Both the position numbers and the translations under genes were made by a program. The notes under the pieces were generated by a model. That model was not told where the DNA came from. It saw only the letters and a list, made by a program, of their open reading frames with translations, and did not search any database. This document shows positions 1 through 13,661 of a stretch of DNA of 64,000 bases, piece by piece. Where the stretch lies: assembly GCA_051362555.1 (NCBI GenBank), contig CM120648.1:7250587-7314586 (forward strand), read 5' to 3'. Source of the stretch: Lingula anatina. Taxonomy: Eukaryota > Animalia > Brachiopoda. How positions within the stretch are numbered: the stretch's first letter is position 1; each line of letters opens with the position of its first letter.

Positions 1-260
1 TATAGTTTTGGGTACTAGATCTGTGTTTTGTTTGAAATTTTGGTGGTAGTTTCTGTACTTGAAGTAATATAGGTCTCGGATTTTCTCTTAATTTTGTCAT
101 AGGTATGAATATGTATTCCTCAATCAAGAGGTATACTAGTATTAATAAAGGTGATATTAACGAGCTGCGTCGGCGATATCAATGTCAGTGATAGATCTAG
201 AGTCTCTGTCCGCCAGCCCCCGTCTTTGTATAAAACTACCAAATGTAGACAGAACTGGAT

Positions 261-366
261 TGGAGCACCAAAAAACTACTATTGTAAATTATCCATGGAG
301 CGCCAAAAGTTCAATTGTAATAGCACCCACGGAGCGCCAAAAAGTTCAATTGTAAAAATACCCATT
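261..366. repeat. Short tandem repeat, about 3 x 34-35 bp
   Basis: Units of the form ggagcgccaaaagttcaattgtaa..accca start at about 261, 296 and 330. Confidence 0.75.
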
Positions 367-867
367 AGAAACTCTTATGTTTGTCGACATTATACGATTA
401 GGCTTTTAAATGTACGTGTCACAAATCCTCTTACATCTCTACAGATACAGTCGATATGGTTGTGATGAAATATGCATTTGACTAGACTAGAATATCGTCC
501 AACAAATGAACAGACTTTTGCTCTAAATATCAGCAGTTACTTCTACATCTATCGTCTGCAAAGAAAACTTATTAAATCTTTAAACATCATAAAGGTACAT
601 ATACGTGTAACTTTCAACACATACGTAATCTGGTTATGTGATGACAAATCTTGAATCACTTTTAGTATTATCACACAAAAAGGAATATTAAATACAGCGT
701 TAATATCAGCTAATTGAAATCGCATACATTTTGCATTATCTGATTCAAATTTAATTTTCTCTTTTCTGACGATTTCGTCGTCCTGCAACGATTTTAATCA
801 TCATCTTGTGTCAATTCTTAGCAGACACTTCGACAAAATAAACATTTTGTGAAGAAATATTCTCATT

Positions 868-1376
868 TTAGGATGATTTCACTTCTGCTTCAGAGTTCAT
901 GTTCTCATCGACGACATCGTCATTTTTCGACGTCAGATCAATTTCATTAAACCCCGCCAAGTACGTCACAACTCTGTGCGTGACGTCAACAATTTTTCGC
1001 GCCACCTGTTCAGTATACGTCACTTCCGGTCTGCTATATCTCCTCGAGGACGGATCAAATGACTCGATATAATCCGCGCTGGTTCTTCTAAAGACGTCCA
1101 CGTCTGCGACTAGCTGGATGGGTCTCTTTTGCAGGCGCATTGTGTACGCCAGCAAAGGCTGAAGGCTGTGAATAGCGAGTGCTTGTTCTGGGGTGGCCAA
1201 GCCGTGATTCACAATGGTCCCTATCAGGACTTTTCTAACGACTTCGGTACAGAGAGAACAGCACCATTCTGTGAGGCCCGTCTCGAGCATAACATCGGCT
1301 GTCGGTAGGTCTCGTAGAGCAATGGCGAAGAGTCTGCGTGCGCATTCAGGGTCTGGATCTACCAAGCCCCGCTCAG
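868..1376 (-). CDS. Sacsin-like paralogue A: last exon (HEPN domain)
   Basis: Phase-1 acceptor tttttctttttcag|CT is in frame with ORF 868-1365. PDPECARRLF..ALRDL..EWCCSLCTEVVRKVLI..YTEQVARKIVD resembles the sacsin C-terminal HEPN domain and aligns with the last exon of paralogue B. Confidence 0.88.
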
Positions 1377-1720
1377 CTGAAAAAGAAAAAGTGGTACAGC
1401 TTGTAACATTGACGTTATGAAGATTTTTACCAATATATATCGTTTCGAACCTTCAAAATAACTGAAATTTATAGCCCAATCTCTTCTTATGGGTACTCAA
1501 AAGAGTTTACACAGAGGTTCGATTTTTCAATCATGTTCAATGGCATGAGAAACATTATGGTAACGTTATAATAACGTTCAGTGTTTGCTGGGTTCAAAAC
1601 CGTGTCTTCGTAGCTTGAGCCCCGTTGTAGCTGTGCCACTTATCGACAACAAGCAAAAGGCCACCTGAGTTGAGTAGTATGAGCCTCACCCAATAAGCTA
1701 ATTCATTTCGCTATACATAC

Positions 1721-1852
1721 CAAGCTCAATCTTTCTTCGTTCTTCTTCCTGTTCCCTGTACAAAGATACCACGCCTGCGTACTGGCGCTCTACTCGTTCT
1801 ATTTCCTGCTGCAGGTGTCTAAGAACGGTCTCTGCTTCTGTTGCGTCGTAAT
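1721..1852 (-). CDS. Sacsin-like paralogue A: internal exon (C-terminal helix of the J-domain)
   Basis: ttttccag|AT...CTTG|gtatgt, 132 nt, phase 1-1. Translates (D)YDATEAETVLRHLQQEIERVERQYAG..., matching ATEVFKHLKAELDRL of paralogue B. Not in the ORF track. Confidence 0.85.
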
Positions 1853-2245
1853 CTGGAAAACGATTCCCTCATATATGACTGCACGAGTAAGAAAATTAAG
1901 CTGGACTTTTTTTACGGAACGAAAGAAACAGTTTGAATACTGAAGGGTATGTAAATATTATATGTAGTATTAGTGAGTTTTAAAAATAGAAATCTTTATC
2001 AATTTACTTTTTAAATAAACTTTTAGGCAGAAAAAATCTTTCACTGGTATTCACACATCAGATATATGGAGTATCTATGAAGTTGAAATGTGCGCCAGAT
2101 AACAGAAAGATCGCACACAGACTGTAAATAGACATTCCCATTTTTTTTTACCTGTGTGAGAACTTTTATGTTTTTAACTTTTTTACCACCAAGTATAAAA
2201 TATTTTGTATAACACGTACAACAAAGACCGAGTTAAATGACCTAC

Positions 2246-5200
2246 CATCCTGGCTGCATTCCCAAGTCTTCAACAGTCGAGTGGCCATCTTCTCCCTCAG
2301 CGGCACCCATCGCACATCACTGTACGTCTCCTCGAGCAGCTGGGTCAAAATGGCGGTTGTTTGACCAATCTCTGAAGAAAGATCGACATGATCTCTGGAA
2401 ACGTCTTCGTCATCGCTCTCGTCCGTGTCTTCATCATCTTCTTGCTCGTCAGATGACTTCTGACCTTTGAGGAGATCTGGAAACCTTCTGCCTTCTCGAT
2501 AGAGGTCCAACGCATGCGCAGCGACAGGATAACCGAGGCCGATGTCAATCTTATATTCTTTGAACATATTCCCAACCGCTCTGATTCTTTGCTCCACATT
2601 TTCATTGACGACCCTGGCATATACCATTATTTCCTGTCCTGTTGATTTGTTGGTCTGTAGGTAGGATACGTATTCCTTCGGTTGAAGCCTTACGTTGGGA
2701 TGCATGGCGAAGAGTTTTCGATCTGGGACAACAGTGCCGAGGGTTGGCCCATCTAAAAGGTCTTCTTGAGCGTTCAGAGTTGCCCCCTCCCCAGCTAAAA
2801 TGTCCTCCGTTTGTTCCAGATCACCACTGCATCGCAGTAGTTTAACAACCTGCCCCGAGTCTATCTCCACATTGAGGTGAGACTTGATGACGTCAGCAAC
2901 AGCAAATGTGACGTTAGCATCGCCCGGGTATTCATGGTTGTGTTTAATGTACAACGTATAAAAACACTCTTCTGGATCAACCTGCAAGTGACAATATTTC
3001 TCCGACATCTTTGCTCCCTCCAGAGGTTTTCCTTTCACAAGAAGTTGTGACTTCATCCTGTTAAAACATTGTACATTAGCCGCCTGTAAAACCTCCAGTC
3101 TGTCTCGTAGAGGACCGCTCTCGTTGTAAGGGACGGCCGCTAGAGCCACCAGCGCATCGCTCATATTATCCGAACCCAAAACGTTTTTATATTTCTCTAT
3201 ATACGGGCATCCTTCTTCCGATTCCATTAATTCACACAATGAGTCAATATTTATATCCTCTTGTACCAAATCTGATAGCAAGATTGGTCGAACCTCCGGC
3301 GGGAGAAGTAGCACGTAGTCCTTTGCGTTACGATACAGGTTGCACGCTGTAAGCTTGCACAGATAGTCGTACGTGTCATCCTTATATTTCTTGGCGACCA
3401 GCTCATTGTCTCTTGCTATCAGTTCAAAGGAGAGGGTCATGACAGCTTTGTCTGACGGTAGGAACAGTGGTCGCGTCATGAACGCCTGACTAGGATCATT
3501 CCGCAAAGTCACAAAGAGCCCATACATTGCTGTGCTGGCCGTTGCCCTTTGATTAAGGTCCATGGTGTTTTCTCCGCATTCGAACCGCAGATGGCTCAAG
3601 ACTTGGGCAAATGTGTCGGCTTTAGCTATGGACTGGGCCCCCAGTCTGCGGAATAAATCATCATGTTGCACCATATCTATTGGCCTCTTGTACACATGTG
3701 GATGCAACGTGTCCGTGTCTACCTCATCTGGTAGGTTAAGGACCAGTTTTGATGGTAACGTTTTGATTTTCCCTTCACTAAGAATGATAATTTCCTTTTT
3801 ACGTAGAGTGGCTACTGCCATACATTCTGGGCACGATTTTGAAAAGCACATACAACACTGACTGAGGAAGTCGTAAGCGCAGTTGAATATGAATTGCATA
3901 AGCCTCAGGCTATCATCTGAGAGCTCTTCCCATGATGCCTCAGCCAACATGGTGCAGTGTTTGACAACGGCTTCAACATCCGGTATGAATTTCACACCAA
4001 GTTCGTGGATCATTTCGCGAGATAATTTAACCCATGACGGCAGGGTTAAACAGCTTGTCCATGTAAGGACCCCGTGTTTCAGTATATCTTGCTTGTGATG
4101 ACTCTGGTAAATCAAAGAACCTCGAAGGCTGATATAGGAATCCTTCGACTCCAGGGGAGGGCACAACTGGTACAAAGCTTCATTCAAAATGTCCTTTTCA
4201 ACAGGAATGAATGGTATCGTCGAAATCTGGTAAAGGATTCCATTGCTGCAATGGTTCTTAACAATCTCGTCCAGCAGCAGCTGGGCCTTCTCCCTCGCTA
4301 TTTCTACGTCATCTCCCATGGAGGCTATCTGGAGTCCACACTGCACATATTCTTCGGGTGATATCGCCGTCTTGAGTCCGGCAACCTCTAGCATCTCTCT
4401 CCATTTTTCATCCAGGTACTGCTCCGGTAGAGGATGATGGCGGTCGAGGAGGTCCAGCAGCACTAGCTCTGGGGGGTAAAAACAACTCGCTGGCAGCAAC
4501 TGGTCTTCAAACGGAATAAAGGGCAGTTTCTTTAACTCCATGGAAAACATGCGCTGAGACATTTGTGATAATTCCATGGGGCTGGTAGAGAGCATAGGGA
4601 GGACAGTGTCTCTTATGCAGAGCAGGTGCGCGTCGCGAATCTCTGGCGGTAATTCTGGAAAATGCGGGAATATGTGGTCGACGTAAACGAGGACTGTGCT
4701 CTTCTTTCTCAGTCCCAGTACTCTGTACAACTCCAAGTACGATTTTCTTTCTCGCAGCAACACACAGTTACTACGCATCATGGAGTTTGTGACTCCACGC
4801 AGAGGAATTGATTCATCCAATATCACAGCTTCCCCATCCACTGAGCTATAGTAACCCCCGATGGTTTCAAATATGGGAAGGCGCCTTATGGGGTCTTTAA
4901 AGACTGAGCTGGTCCTTATAATCCGCAAACCCGTATTCACAAAATGGAGCATGGTCTCTGCCTCCTCTTCTGTAAACTGAACAGAAGGTTGGTTCCGGCT
5001 CCAACTAACAGCCAAAACTTCGAGAAGGTCACTCAGCTCGGATGCATCCAGGACGCACGGTTTGGCTATCGTCTCTACGTCATGATCTGTGACGTCATCA
5101 CTTAACACCTGTTTGGGATCCAGAGACGGTAAACCCAGCTTATTTAAGACGGCAGCCATTTCCTTCCCGGTCCTAGCAAGGCTGAAAACATGCTTCCCTT

Positions 5201-7436
5201 CGGCCATGGTGTAGAATCTACCACTAGAGGTCGGCAAGAGAGGCAGGTGCTCCACTGGGCGCAGCTCTAGGCGGGTGGTGTTCTTACCAATGTGATTCTT
5301 CATAAATCGCCACATTAATTCAACCCATGTCGGTTCGTGTATGTATTTCGCGTCTTCTTCAACAAACTTTGAGACATCTTCAAGGCACAACTGACGCACT
5401 GGAAGGTATGCTTTGGTATCACTTCTAACGCTGAACAAGTGTGCTACTTCAGGGTGAAGGAAAAGGTCGGGACGATGGGGCAGAAGTCCCCTGTATTCCA
5501 GTGTAACAAACACCGGGTGTTCTGTGTCAAAAATCCGGAGATGTCCGTCAGCAGTAAAACATAGTGGGACACCATGTAACGCCTGATAATTTTTCTCCGC
5601 TTCACTGTTCTGTATCAGGCAATATTCTAGAAGTTTTTTCACGTTTTCGGGAGAGAGGAACGGTGTCTGGTTGACTAGCTTTGGAAGGCCCATGGGTTCT
5701 GCAGACTTTCGTAGACACTCCATTGTTGCTCTGGGAGACAGGAACTGAAGGTCCGGAGTCTTAGCAAAGATCAGTCGAAGCGACACCTCTGGGTGTGAGC
5801 ACACATTGTGCCCCAAAACCAGAAGCATCTTTTCCACGTCAACATTCCGTAAGCCCGCCAAAAAGAGCGTTTCAGCAATGGAGTGGAACTCAAGTTTATG
5901 GGCGACTAGAGCGGATACAGTCATAGAGCGTGTTATGGGTATGACCTTTAAGTCATAGTCCCGAATAAATAGGTATACCCTTTTACATATCTCCTGGAAG
6001 AAGGCATCAGTGGCTGTGCTGCAATCGGGGAGGAGACGATTATACCACAAGGCAACATTACCTAACTTTGTTGCCTTTGTTGCCGTCTTGAGCAATGAGC
6101 AATAAGAAGGGACTATCACATAACGCTGCAGGATACGGTTCCACGACCCAAAAGCCGTATTTGTCCACAGACCTCGCCGAGATGAGTGTATGGCGAAATG
6201 TCCATTAATGTGGACGCTTAACCCAGTTTTGATAGGTAGCTGGAGGAAGCAGAACGCTGCTCCTTGCACAGGCCCGCTGAGTTTTGCCGCTACACCTGCA
6301 ATGGGACTAAATTTCTTTCCTGAGACATCTTGGCATAAAAATTCCTCTAGGAATGACCTGTCTTCTGGCTCCAGCTCCCCATGGAAGCCGAAACTCTGAT
6401 TGACCATCCAGTCCGTAGAGAAGTTATCGTCAATGGTGGTCAGTTTGTATGTGACGCACCTTTTCGGAACCTCACTGAGGGAGAGTTTACCCTCTAGCAC
6501 AAGCCGCATGCTCTCCGAGGTCTTTTTGTAGGCTTCTTTTAAGTCTTTTAACATCCCTGGGTTGATTTTCCTTTTGATTTCAAATAACGTGTTCAGTTTG
6601 CCGTCTGTATCAATCACGGACGCGCCAACACGAGATATGGTCTTTGTGAAAAGAAGGCAATTGTGCACAAAAGACTTGAACTCTAAATTCCGCAATTCAT
6701 ACTCTAAGTCCTTTATACTGTCTTCATTGTAGAATATCTGTGAAATGTCCGACACCATGTATTGGTGTCTGAGAGGGAACCTGAAAACTGTCCCTCCCTC
6801 TTGTTGCACAAAACCAGGCAAGTATCCGATCATCACGTCCTTCCAGGTTTTTCGGAACTCTTGATCCTCACAAAGGTTGATATGGCCACCAGGGCACGTG
6901 ACCGTCGCACCTGGTACGTATTTAGAGTGGGGATCAAAAAGGCAAAGGTCTTTGCCGTCGGAAAGCAGGCTTGGGCAATCTGTGAGCTGATACATGACGT
7001 TAAATCCTATACCAAACTGACCAGTTTTATCTGGATCGGAACTTTTGCTGCCAACGCCGAGTTTCTGAATGGCCTGTATGTCTTCCGCTGTGAAAACGGC
7101 ATTGTTATAGGCACAGAAAGCGGGGCCTTGCATTCCGCGCCACTCATCCCATACTTTATCTGCCGGTAGGTATCGTTTGTCCAAGATAAGATGAACCTGT
7201 GTCGCTCTGGCGTCGTCTGCATTTTGGATAAGTTCTTTCACTATCTCAGCCATTCCTATCGTGGAAGAGTCGCCGCAATATTGGAGTATGATATTTTTAA
7301 TTCGAGTGGTAGGTGGCTCGAATTGTCCGAATTTGCTGAACTTAGGTTTTCTTTCCGCCATAGTTGCAGATGCTCCTTCTTGCGTAGTTGTAAATATGGA
7401 CTTTCTTGGGGTTTCCGCCCTCTCCTTCACTACAGC
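2246..7436 (-). CDS. Sacsin-like protein, paralogue A: main exon (GHKL/HSP90-like ATPase sacsin repeat region, helical region, start of a degenerate J-domain)
   Basis: The ORF carries sacsin motifs FGQFEPPTTRIKNII, IVKELIQNADDA, YNNAVFTAEDI, KTGQFGIGFN, GGTVFRFPLR, FCFLQLP..TGLSVHINGHFA and PKEYVSY..YARVV..YKIDIG. Acceptor tttcttttag|GCT at 7436 is phase 0; the first in-exon ATG is at 7361. Phase-1 donor GATG|gtaggt at 2246. Confidence 0.93.
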
Positions 7437-10400
7437 CTAAAAGAAATAGAAAAGTAAACATACTATATCATTTTAACAACAAGTGTTTGCCCTAACTTAT
7501 CCTTATCACCAACACCGTAAGTGAAAGTGAAAGTACCATTCATACTGTATACGTGATATACAAATCTGCGTCTATAATAATTATTAATGTTTAATGTATA
7601 TTTAATTTAAGAAAAATAAATATTAAGATTACTACTTATATAGACGAAAAATAATATAAACTCTCTTCTATTGTTTGCCTGAACATATATGTTACTCAAT
7701 AAGATGTTAATTCTTTTGAGAACGATTACCCAAATTCAGTATGAAATGGAAAGCAAATTGAAATTTTCTATAAACTTACAATTTCTGCAATTAATGTAGG
7801 GCCCAATATGGCGAGGATATATAATAGTACGACAATACAATTAAGCATAAAACGCATATTTTATTCGTTTAAATAAAGGACGAGATGTGAATAATGTCAG
7901 GGTAAGACTCTTAACACGCCATTGATAAAACACATCTCCGAAAATCAATTGATTGTATGCCAAGGCAAATGCGTTCCAATACAAATATAATGCTATATTA
8001 TTGTCATCCACCCTCCACCGCGCCTACAGTGCACTCAAATACTGGACTGATGGTACAACACTGCCCACATGTTAACTACTTTGCTCTAGGCGTGCATTTG
8101 CTGTCATCTGTGGTTCAACACCGTAATGTAACCCTGCAACGTGCAGTACTGGAAGTTAAATAAAGGATTTCATCATCTTGGAATTCTAAGTTCACGATGG
8201 AAAAGAAAGTCGATATAATTAATCTGCCAACGGCTCTGTTTGTTTCTTTTTCTCCTCTCTTTACTGGGTGCTATCTGGCCACCTATGGCGAACCCACCTA
8301 TAGCACTATCTGAGAAACTATGTGGCAGAGACAAGAGGGGGTAGAGTGGGTTACTCACTCACTCACCCCCCCCCTTTACTTCGGAAGTATCCCCTTCTGC
8401 CTTCCCGACAAAAACTATGACCAAAATGACACAAAACCAAACACTGTGCCTTACAGATTACGGTAAATTGTGTTACATTTCCTCGGCTCGGCAAAAAACA
8501 TTACCCCTAAGGAAAGCCCTACATCTGCCAGTGAACCCCGTTCCATGTATATAAGCCCCTTATGGTGATGTAGCATTTTACTTACCAGGATTACATGGCA
8601 TATTTGGTGTAAACGTCTATGTTCTACAGCACGGAGTGCTAGCCTATTTTTTTCTGCCTGCTGTACATGTTTAATACGTCGCCTTAGTTAGCATATGATA
8701 ATGGTATATATTGTATATTCAGCCGTATATTGATCAAATAGACAATATTAATGAACTGAAAACCCATGACCTACATCTTTATATACATCGCTACGTATAG
8801 TATAAACCCACAAGATTAATCAATAGACAGGCCATTTTCTGCTTTGAAAATAGTCCATTTATCAATATTGAAGTCCTGTTCAGTGCTATCAAAGGCTTTG
8901 GCAGTTCCTGGAAACGAGGCAACGATATGGAGAGTGTTTTTATGTTGTATTTTTTTCTTTCGTTTACTGGCTTACGAGTGGTTGGATTTATACTATAAAG
9001 GGTGTCGTTAATCAGCCAAACGCGAATGCTTTGAAACTACATCCAGCGCTGTTGGCTAGCCAGCAACTGCTTTTTCTCTTCTGAGTCATGTGTTTATATG
9101 CAAGCCGTGAGCAAGTGCTAATGCATTTCTGGTAACTCTTACCATATTTGTCACTTACTGATCTCGACTAACATACATCATCATTACTTATGTGTTTAAT
9201 TCAACTAAGTACATACATGTACAGAATATAGCCCGTTTTCAAGTGTGATCTATGGTACATGTACGAGCACTTATATATGCTTTAATCCATGTTTATGTGG
9301 TATAATGCTGAAGCCACAATCAAGATGAATACACAATAATAGCTACTGCATGATGACGACGTAATAGCGACGTTACGTCACCACGCCGTCGAATAACGTC
9401 GTGTGCCTTTTGCATTGTTAACGTGTTGTATAGATAAGAACGCCAATTCAAAGACCTATCGTGGCAAATGCTTCACAACCCTCAGTCACGAAGAAATAAA
9501 TAATAAAATAAATTGAAAAGATCGCTGCTGTAACAATACTTGACGGCACAGTTATCGAGATCTTCCATAAAAGCCTGGGCTTCTGTATATGCGTGCATAT
9601 ATTTAATGTATTCAACATAAATTAAACCGTTACCTTGCCTGGCAAGTCCGGCAACGATTACAGACCAAAAGTAACACGCACCTTCAAAAACCCACGGCGC
9701 TGCTGGCACCAAATTCGTAGTGGAATACAAAGTCTCGTAGGTAGCTCACTCAAATATCCTCTACCGTACACTAAGCCACAGAATCAGCTCCGATTCATGG
9801 TACCTTGCAAGAGAAATCTGAACACTAGACAACGCCAGTAAAATATACGTCGCCTGCATCCTTACGTTCTGACTCGAGATACAGCTTCTGTGCTTTAACT
9901 GGCGTCTACAATATAAATCAGTCTCACTGTGGGAGTAGCTGTGCAGTGGCTTATTGATAACTGCCTCCTCTCAACTGCCATAATCCTGCCAGAAGCCAGG
10001 TAGAACCTTTTGGAACCATCTAGCACAGCTTGAAGCATACATCAGCTCTATTTACAAAGCAACAGGACAAACAGAGTGCACCTATTATGCACCCTGAGAA
10101 TACGAGTATTGCACCCTGGTTCTACTATTATATTTGCGCTATTGAAAAATATATCTTGCACCTTGATATGATGGGTATTGAACCGAATCACTTGAGTGAT
10201 GTACCGAAGTAATGGCGTACAGAACCGAAATATCTGAGTAAAGATTTAATACAAACACACTATGGGGCGCTGTAGTGAACTATTAATTAATTTTTAATAT
10301 CCAGAACATCGCATCTGCATTGAGCAGGCATACTCAGCATTAACTTTTATATTATTAACGTTTTCGTTGGCGCTTGACACATGTAAAAAGAAAACCTGCA

Positions 10401-11118
10401 TGCATCACGACTCCAGGTTTGACAAAAAACATTCTGCACTTATGCACGGAAAGGTTACGCAAACAAGCAATTTTCATTGTTCTTTTTATAATCTAAATCA
10501 ATCAACATAGAAACATCTGCACAGGCCGATACTGTTAAACCAAATAACACGGAGATGTGAACAGAACCGCACGTCACCATAGACATAAGTTTGTGCCATT
10601 TACACGCCGAGGTACTGTACACAGCAGTGGTAGACATAAAAAGAGCGTATTCACCATATAACCCCAAAGCTAATATATTTTATTGCTCACATCATTTTAT
10701 AGTTTGAAGTGGCTCTTAACGTCATAAGTCAGAAAATTTATTTTTGGAAAATTTGAATTAAGGCTTCTGTGTTATTGCATCCAATAAAGCTGAACCTTTT
10801 AGTACAGCCTTTAACGGGAGTTCCGTTGAATGCTGAACACAAACCTCAGCCGCTGGAAACAGCAAAACCATGCTGACAATGCAACGTTATCCAAACTTTA
10901 ATTTACAGGAATCTAAAACTAAGGTGGATACGCATACGCTATTGCAAATGCATACTGTAATATGGTAATAAAGTGTAGTTTTCTCGGAGGATAAATTTTA
11001 TATGACTCATATTTCATCCATAGATCAAATATATTGGGTTCAAATTCATACCGCATTAACGTGTCTATACACATGTTTGAAAAAATAAAACAGAGGATAT
11101 TAATTATAATTAATATAA

Positions 11119-11284
11119 CAGGCCCGTAGCTAGGGGGGTTCGGGGGGTTCGACAGAACCGCCCCTTTTGCTGGAAAAAGGTCCACTCTGGGTAAAATTTG
11201 ATATAGGTACATGAAGTTTTTATGGGAAAAGGTCCACTTTTTCAGAAAAAGAACCCCCTTTTGAAATTGCTGGCTACGAGCCTG
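11119..11284. mobile_element. MITE, hAT-like termini, copy 1
   Basis: Terminal inverted repeats (TIRs) CAGGCCCGTAGC...GCTACGAGCCTG; nearly identical to 15537-15707. Confidence 0.85.
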
Positions 11285-11686
11285 TATAATATAATAAAAC
11301 CACATGGACTGATATTCAGTTTTATACAATGGTGTAACTCTACCACCGTTTGGCTGTGATTAATGCATATCTATGTAGTCGCCACGTTAATTGCATTACC
11401 TGAGTCGATTGGTTTGGCGTGAGTCATGCGTGAAGCCGTCTAAAGGAAAAGATCATGAACTTTCACGTGTCTGTGATGATACATGTTCACCTCGCTTTTA
11501 TGTTGATTGGTGGTATTAGTATTTTTGGAAAAGAAGTGCGAAAACAAGAAAAAAGAAAGGGTTGGGTGTACAGCTGGTCCGATTAGATAGAAAGTGAAAA
11601 CCGTATTTCAAAAAATAGAAGAATTATTTCTTAGATAAAAACACGTGAAGTTTGAGCTTTGGAACTGATGATGACGACGACGAATC

Positions 11687-11705
11687 TCTTCTTCTTCTTC
11701 TTCTC

Positions 11706-11749
<44 letters not shown>
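11687..11749. repeat. (CTT)n(CT)n microsatellite
   Basis: Seen directly. Confidence 0.95.
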
Positions 11750-11751
<2 letters not shown>

Positions 11752-12107
11752 GGGTGATATAGCACTTTGGCAGTCTACGGTTTGTTTAAGGTTATGTTAT
11801 ACAGTCAACTAGCTATGCTATGCCATTTAAATTTATAATACTTCCAAGTAAAGATCTTGCAAGACCGATCAATGTCAAAGATAAACGCGATTAAACCTCT
11901 ATATTTTTAATCCCCCTACATAAGATCAAAAACCCCGCTTCCATTCTTTCCAGCAACTCTATAACTGTAAAAGAGTCACGTATCGAACAGGTATGCTGAC
12001 TTGTTTGAAGTGATTAATCTAGATCAAATTTCCCATGCTCGAGCCAAGAGGAGGTAGAACGTCCCATTAATCCTTGCTTAAATTGGCAATTTAAAGTACA
12101 TTTTCAA

Positions 12108-12235
12108 ACACGCGTGATTGGCGCTAACGGACACTCGTCTCGCCCTGCGTAAGGGGCGGCAACTCCATCAGGCGGTAACTACGACTGATTTTGAGACTCT
12201 CGGTCGCGTTCTACAGGTACAACAGGCCTAAGTAA
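12108..12235 (+). promoter_or_regulatory. Candidate promoter/5'UTR exon of the methyltransferase gene
   Basis: CpG-rich patch with an inverted CCAAT (gattgg) and a GC box (ggggcgg), 1.5 kb upstream of an ATG that directly follows a splice acceptor. Confidence 0.35.
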
Positions 12236-12417
12236 ACTTTTTATACTTTTTTTTTTTGGAGTGTGTTGAACCCATATTACCTTCTGATGGAAATGTACTT
12301 TCTATTATCCAAACAAATATTTTTTCCTTTGTGCCCATTTACCCCCTCTAAAGCGTTTTACTGCGAAAGACCAAGCTGTTCTTTTTCACATGTATAGCTC
12401 TCTCATGTACATAACCC

Positions 12418-12420
<3 letters not shown>

Positions 12421-12451
<31 letters not shown>
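12421..12451. repeat. (TC)n microsatellite
   Basis: Seen directly. Confidence 0.95.
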
Positions 12452-12454
<3 letters not shown>

Positions 12455-12684
12455 AGTTTTACTGCGTGAGACGACAATAGTTTGAGTTTTCACATGTCGC
12501 ACTAAACGCTTTAGGGGCTGTTCACGTAGCAGTGCCACCGTTGCTTTATCAAATGTTTCTCTGCACATGATGGCCAGGTTTGGAAATGACGTGGATGGGT
12601 TTTGCAATTGATTTTTCAATGCTGAAAGTTCTTTACAAGAAAAGAAGATTAACATCAATTTGATGTAAGTTATACTAGTATTAA

Positions 12685-13012
12685 GGGGATAACAATTGTT
12701 CGTTTTGGCCAAAAAACGATTTTCCTGGATTCGACGATTTCCCATACTTACCAACAGTTAATGAATCCTTTCCGACGTTCAAAGTAAGTACATTTTTTGT
12801 GAAAAATTTTTTCTTTATTTTTTTGTAAAAATCTTTTAAGAGATTGTTACGGAGATATAGCCATCTATGTGGTCTGATGACAAGCACAGATTCCAGAATA
12901 TCTGCAGTAACCGCTGTTTTTGGTGGTAAAATGAAGTTTATTATATTTCTGTGAGTTGTTCACAATGTATTTATTGTGAAATATCAATCTCAAACGAACA
13001 GTCGTTATCCCT
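12685..13012. mobile_element. MITE with TTAA-type flanks (Kolobok-like termini)
   Basis: ttaa|GGGGATAACAATTGTTCGTTT ... AAACGAACAGTCGTTATCCCT|ttta. Confidence 0.7.
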
Positions 13013-13661
13013 TTTAGAACTTTTCATACGAGATTAATAATTTTCATGATTGCTAGACCGCAGCAACTGTTTCACAGTTTAGTAAGAATAATGTATCAGA
13101 AACCTTGATATGCTCCCGAGAACCTACTCTTTAGCATATAAAGTACGCTTTTCTCAGTGTTCCTATGATAATAATTTAGGAAACACACATTTTTCTCATC
13201 TCACTGACCGTTTTTACTGATTGATTTCCATTGAAAAGGGTCTGTCACAAAATCAGGACAAATAGACCCATCTTGATTTCCTAATGTGCGGTGGAAAGTA
13301 AGGTTCTTTTACAGATTTCAAAACATTTTTTGAAGACGGGCATTTGAATAATTGACAAAACGAGCAGTTTGATCTGCCACGTCGTACTTCCCGTTCATTA
13401 GAATTCATGAAATACACGTTTTTCTTGCTGCCTCAGGATGTACATGCCAACCTCGGAGGCAAACCAAAAACAAAGGAGGGTCCGGTGACTTTTTCAAGCT
13501 TGTCATTTTTTTCAGAAATTATGAGTCCTTTCAGCATTTTTCACAAAGTTGGCTCGAAATAATCTGTCATGAGAGTCGTTATTTTGCACTAAAACAACAA
13601 AATGAATTAGAAAAAGCGACTTCACGTTCAAAACAGTGGAAAACACGTCTTTTATTTTCAG

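Noticed and set aside
261-366. Repeats of about 35 bp as a CRISPR array
   Set aside because: The units are head-to-tail with no unique spacers, there are no cas genes, and the context is an intron-containing eukaryotic genome.
2166-2245. C-terminal tail of the 1754-aa ORF as the true protein end
   Set aside because: This is read-through into an intron. The donor at 2246 joins in frame to exons that complete the J-domain and HEPN domain.
2237-7457. Plus-strand ORFs overlapping the sacsin exon (likewise 33435-39371)
   Set aside because: Antisense shadows of long coding exons with no recognisable motifs.
8320-8535. Possible degenerate hAT-like MITE (gtggcaga ... tctgccagtg)
   Set aside because: The terminal match is too short and there is no TSD or second copy in the window.
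8586-8670. Upstream coding exon of paralogue A at donor CTG|gtaag
   Set aside because: Its ATGs are out of frame with the main exon and there is no convincing acceptor. It may still be a UTR exon.
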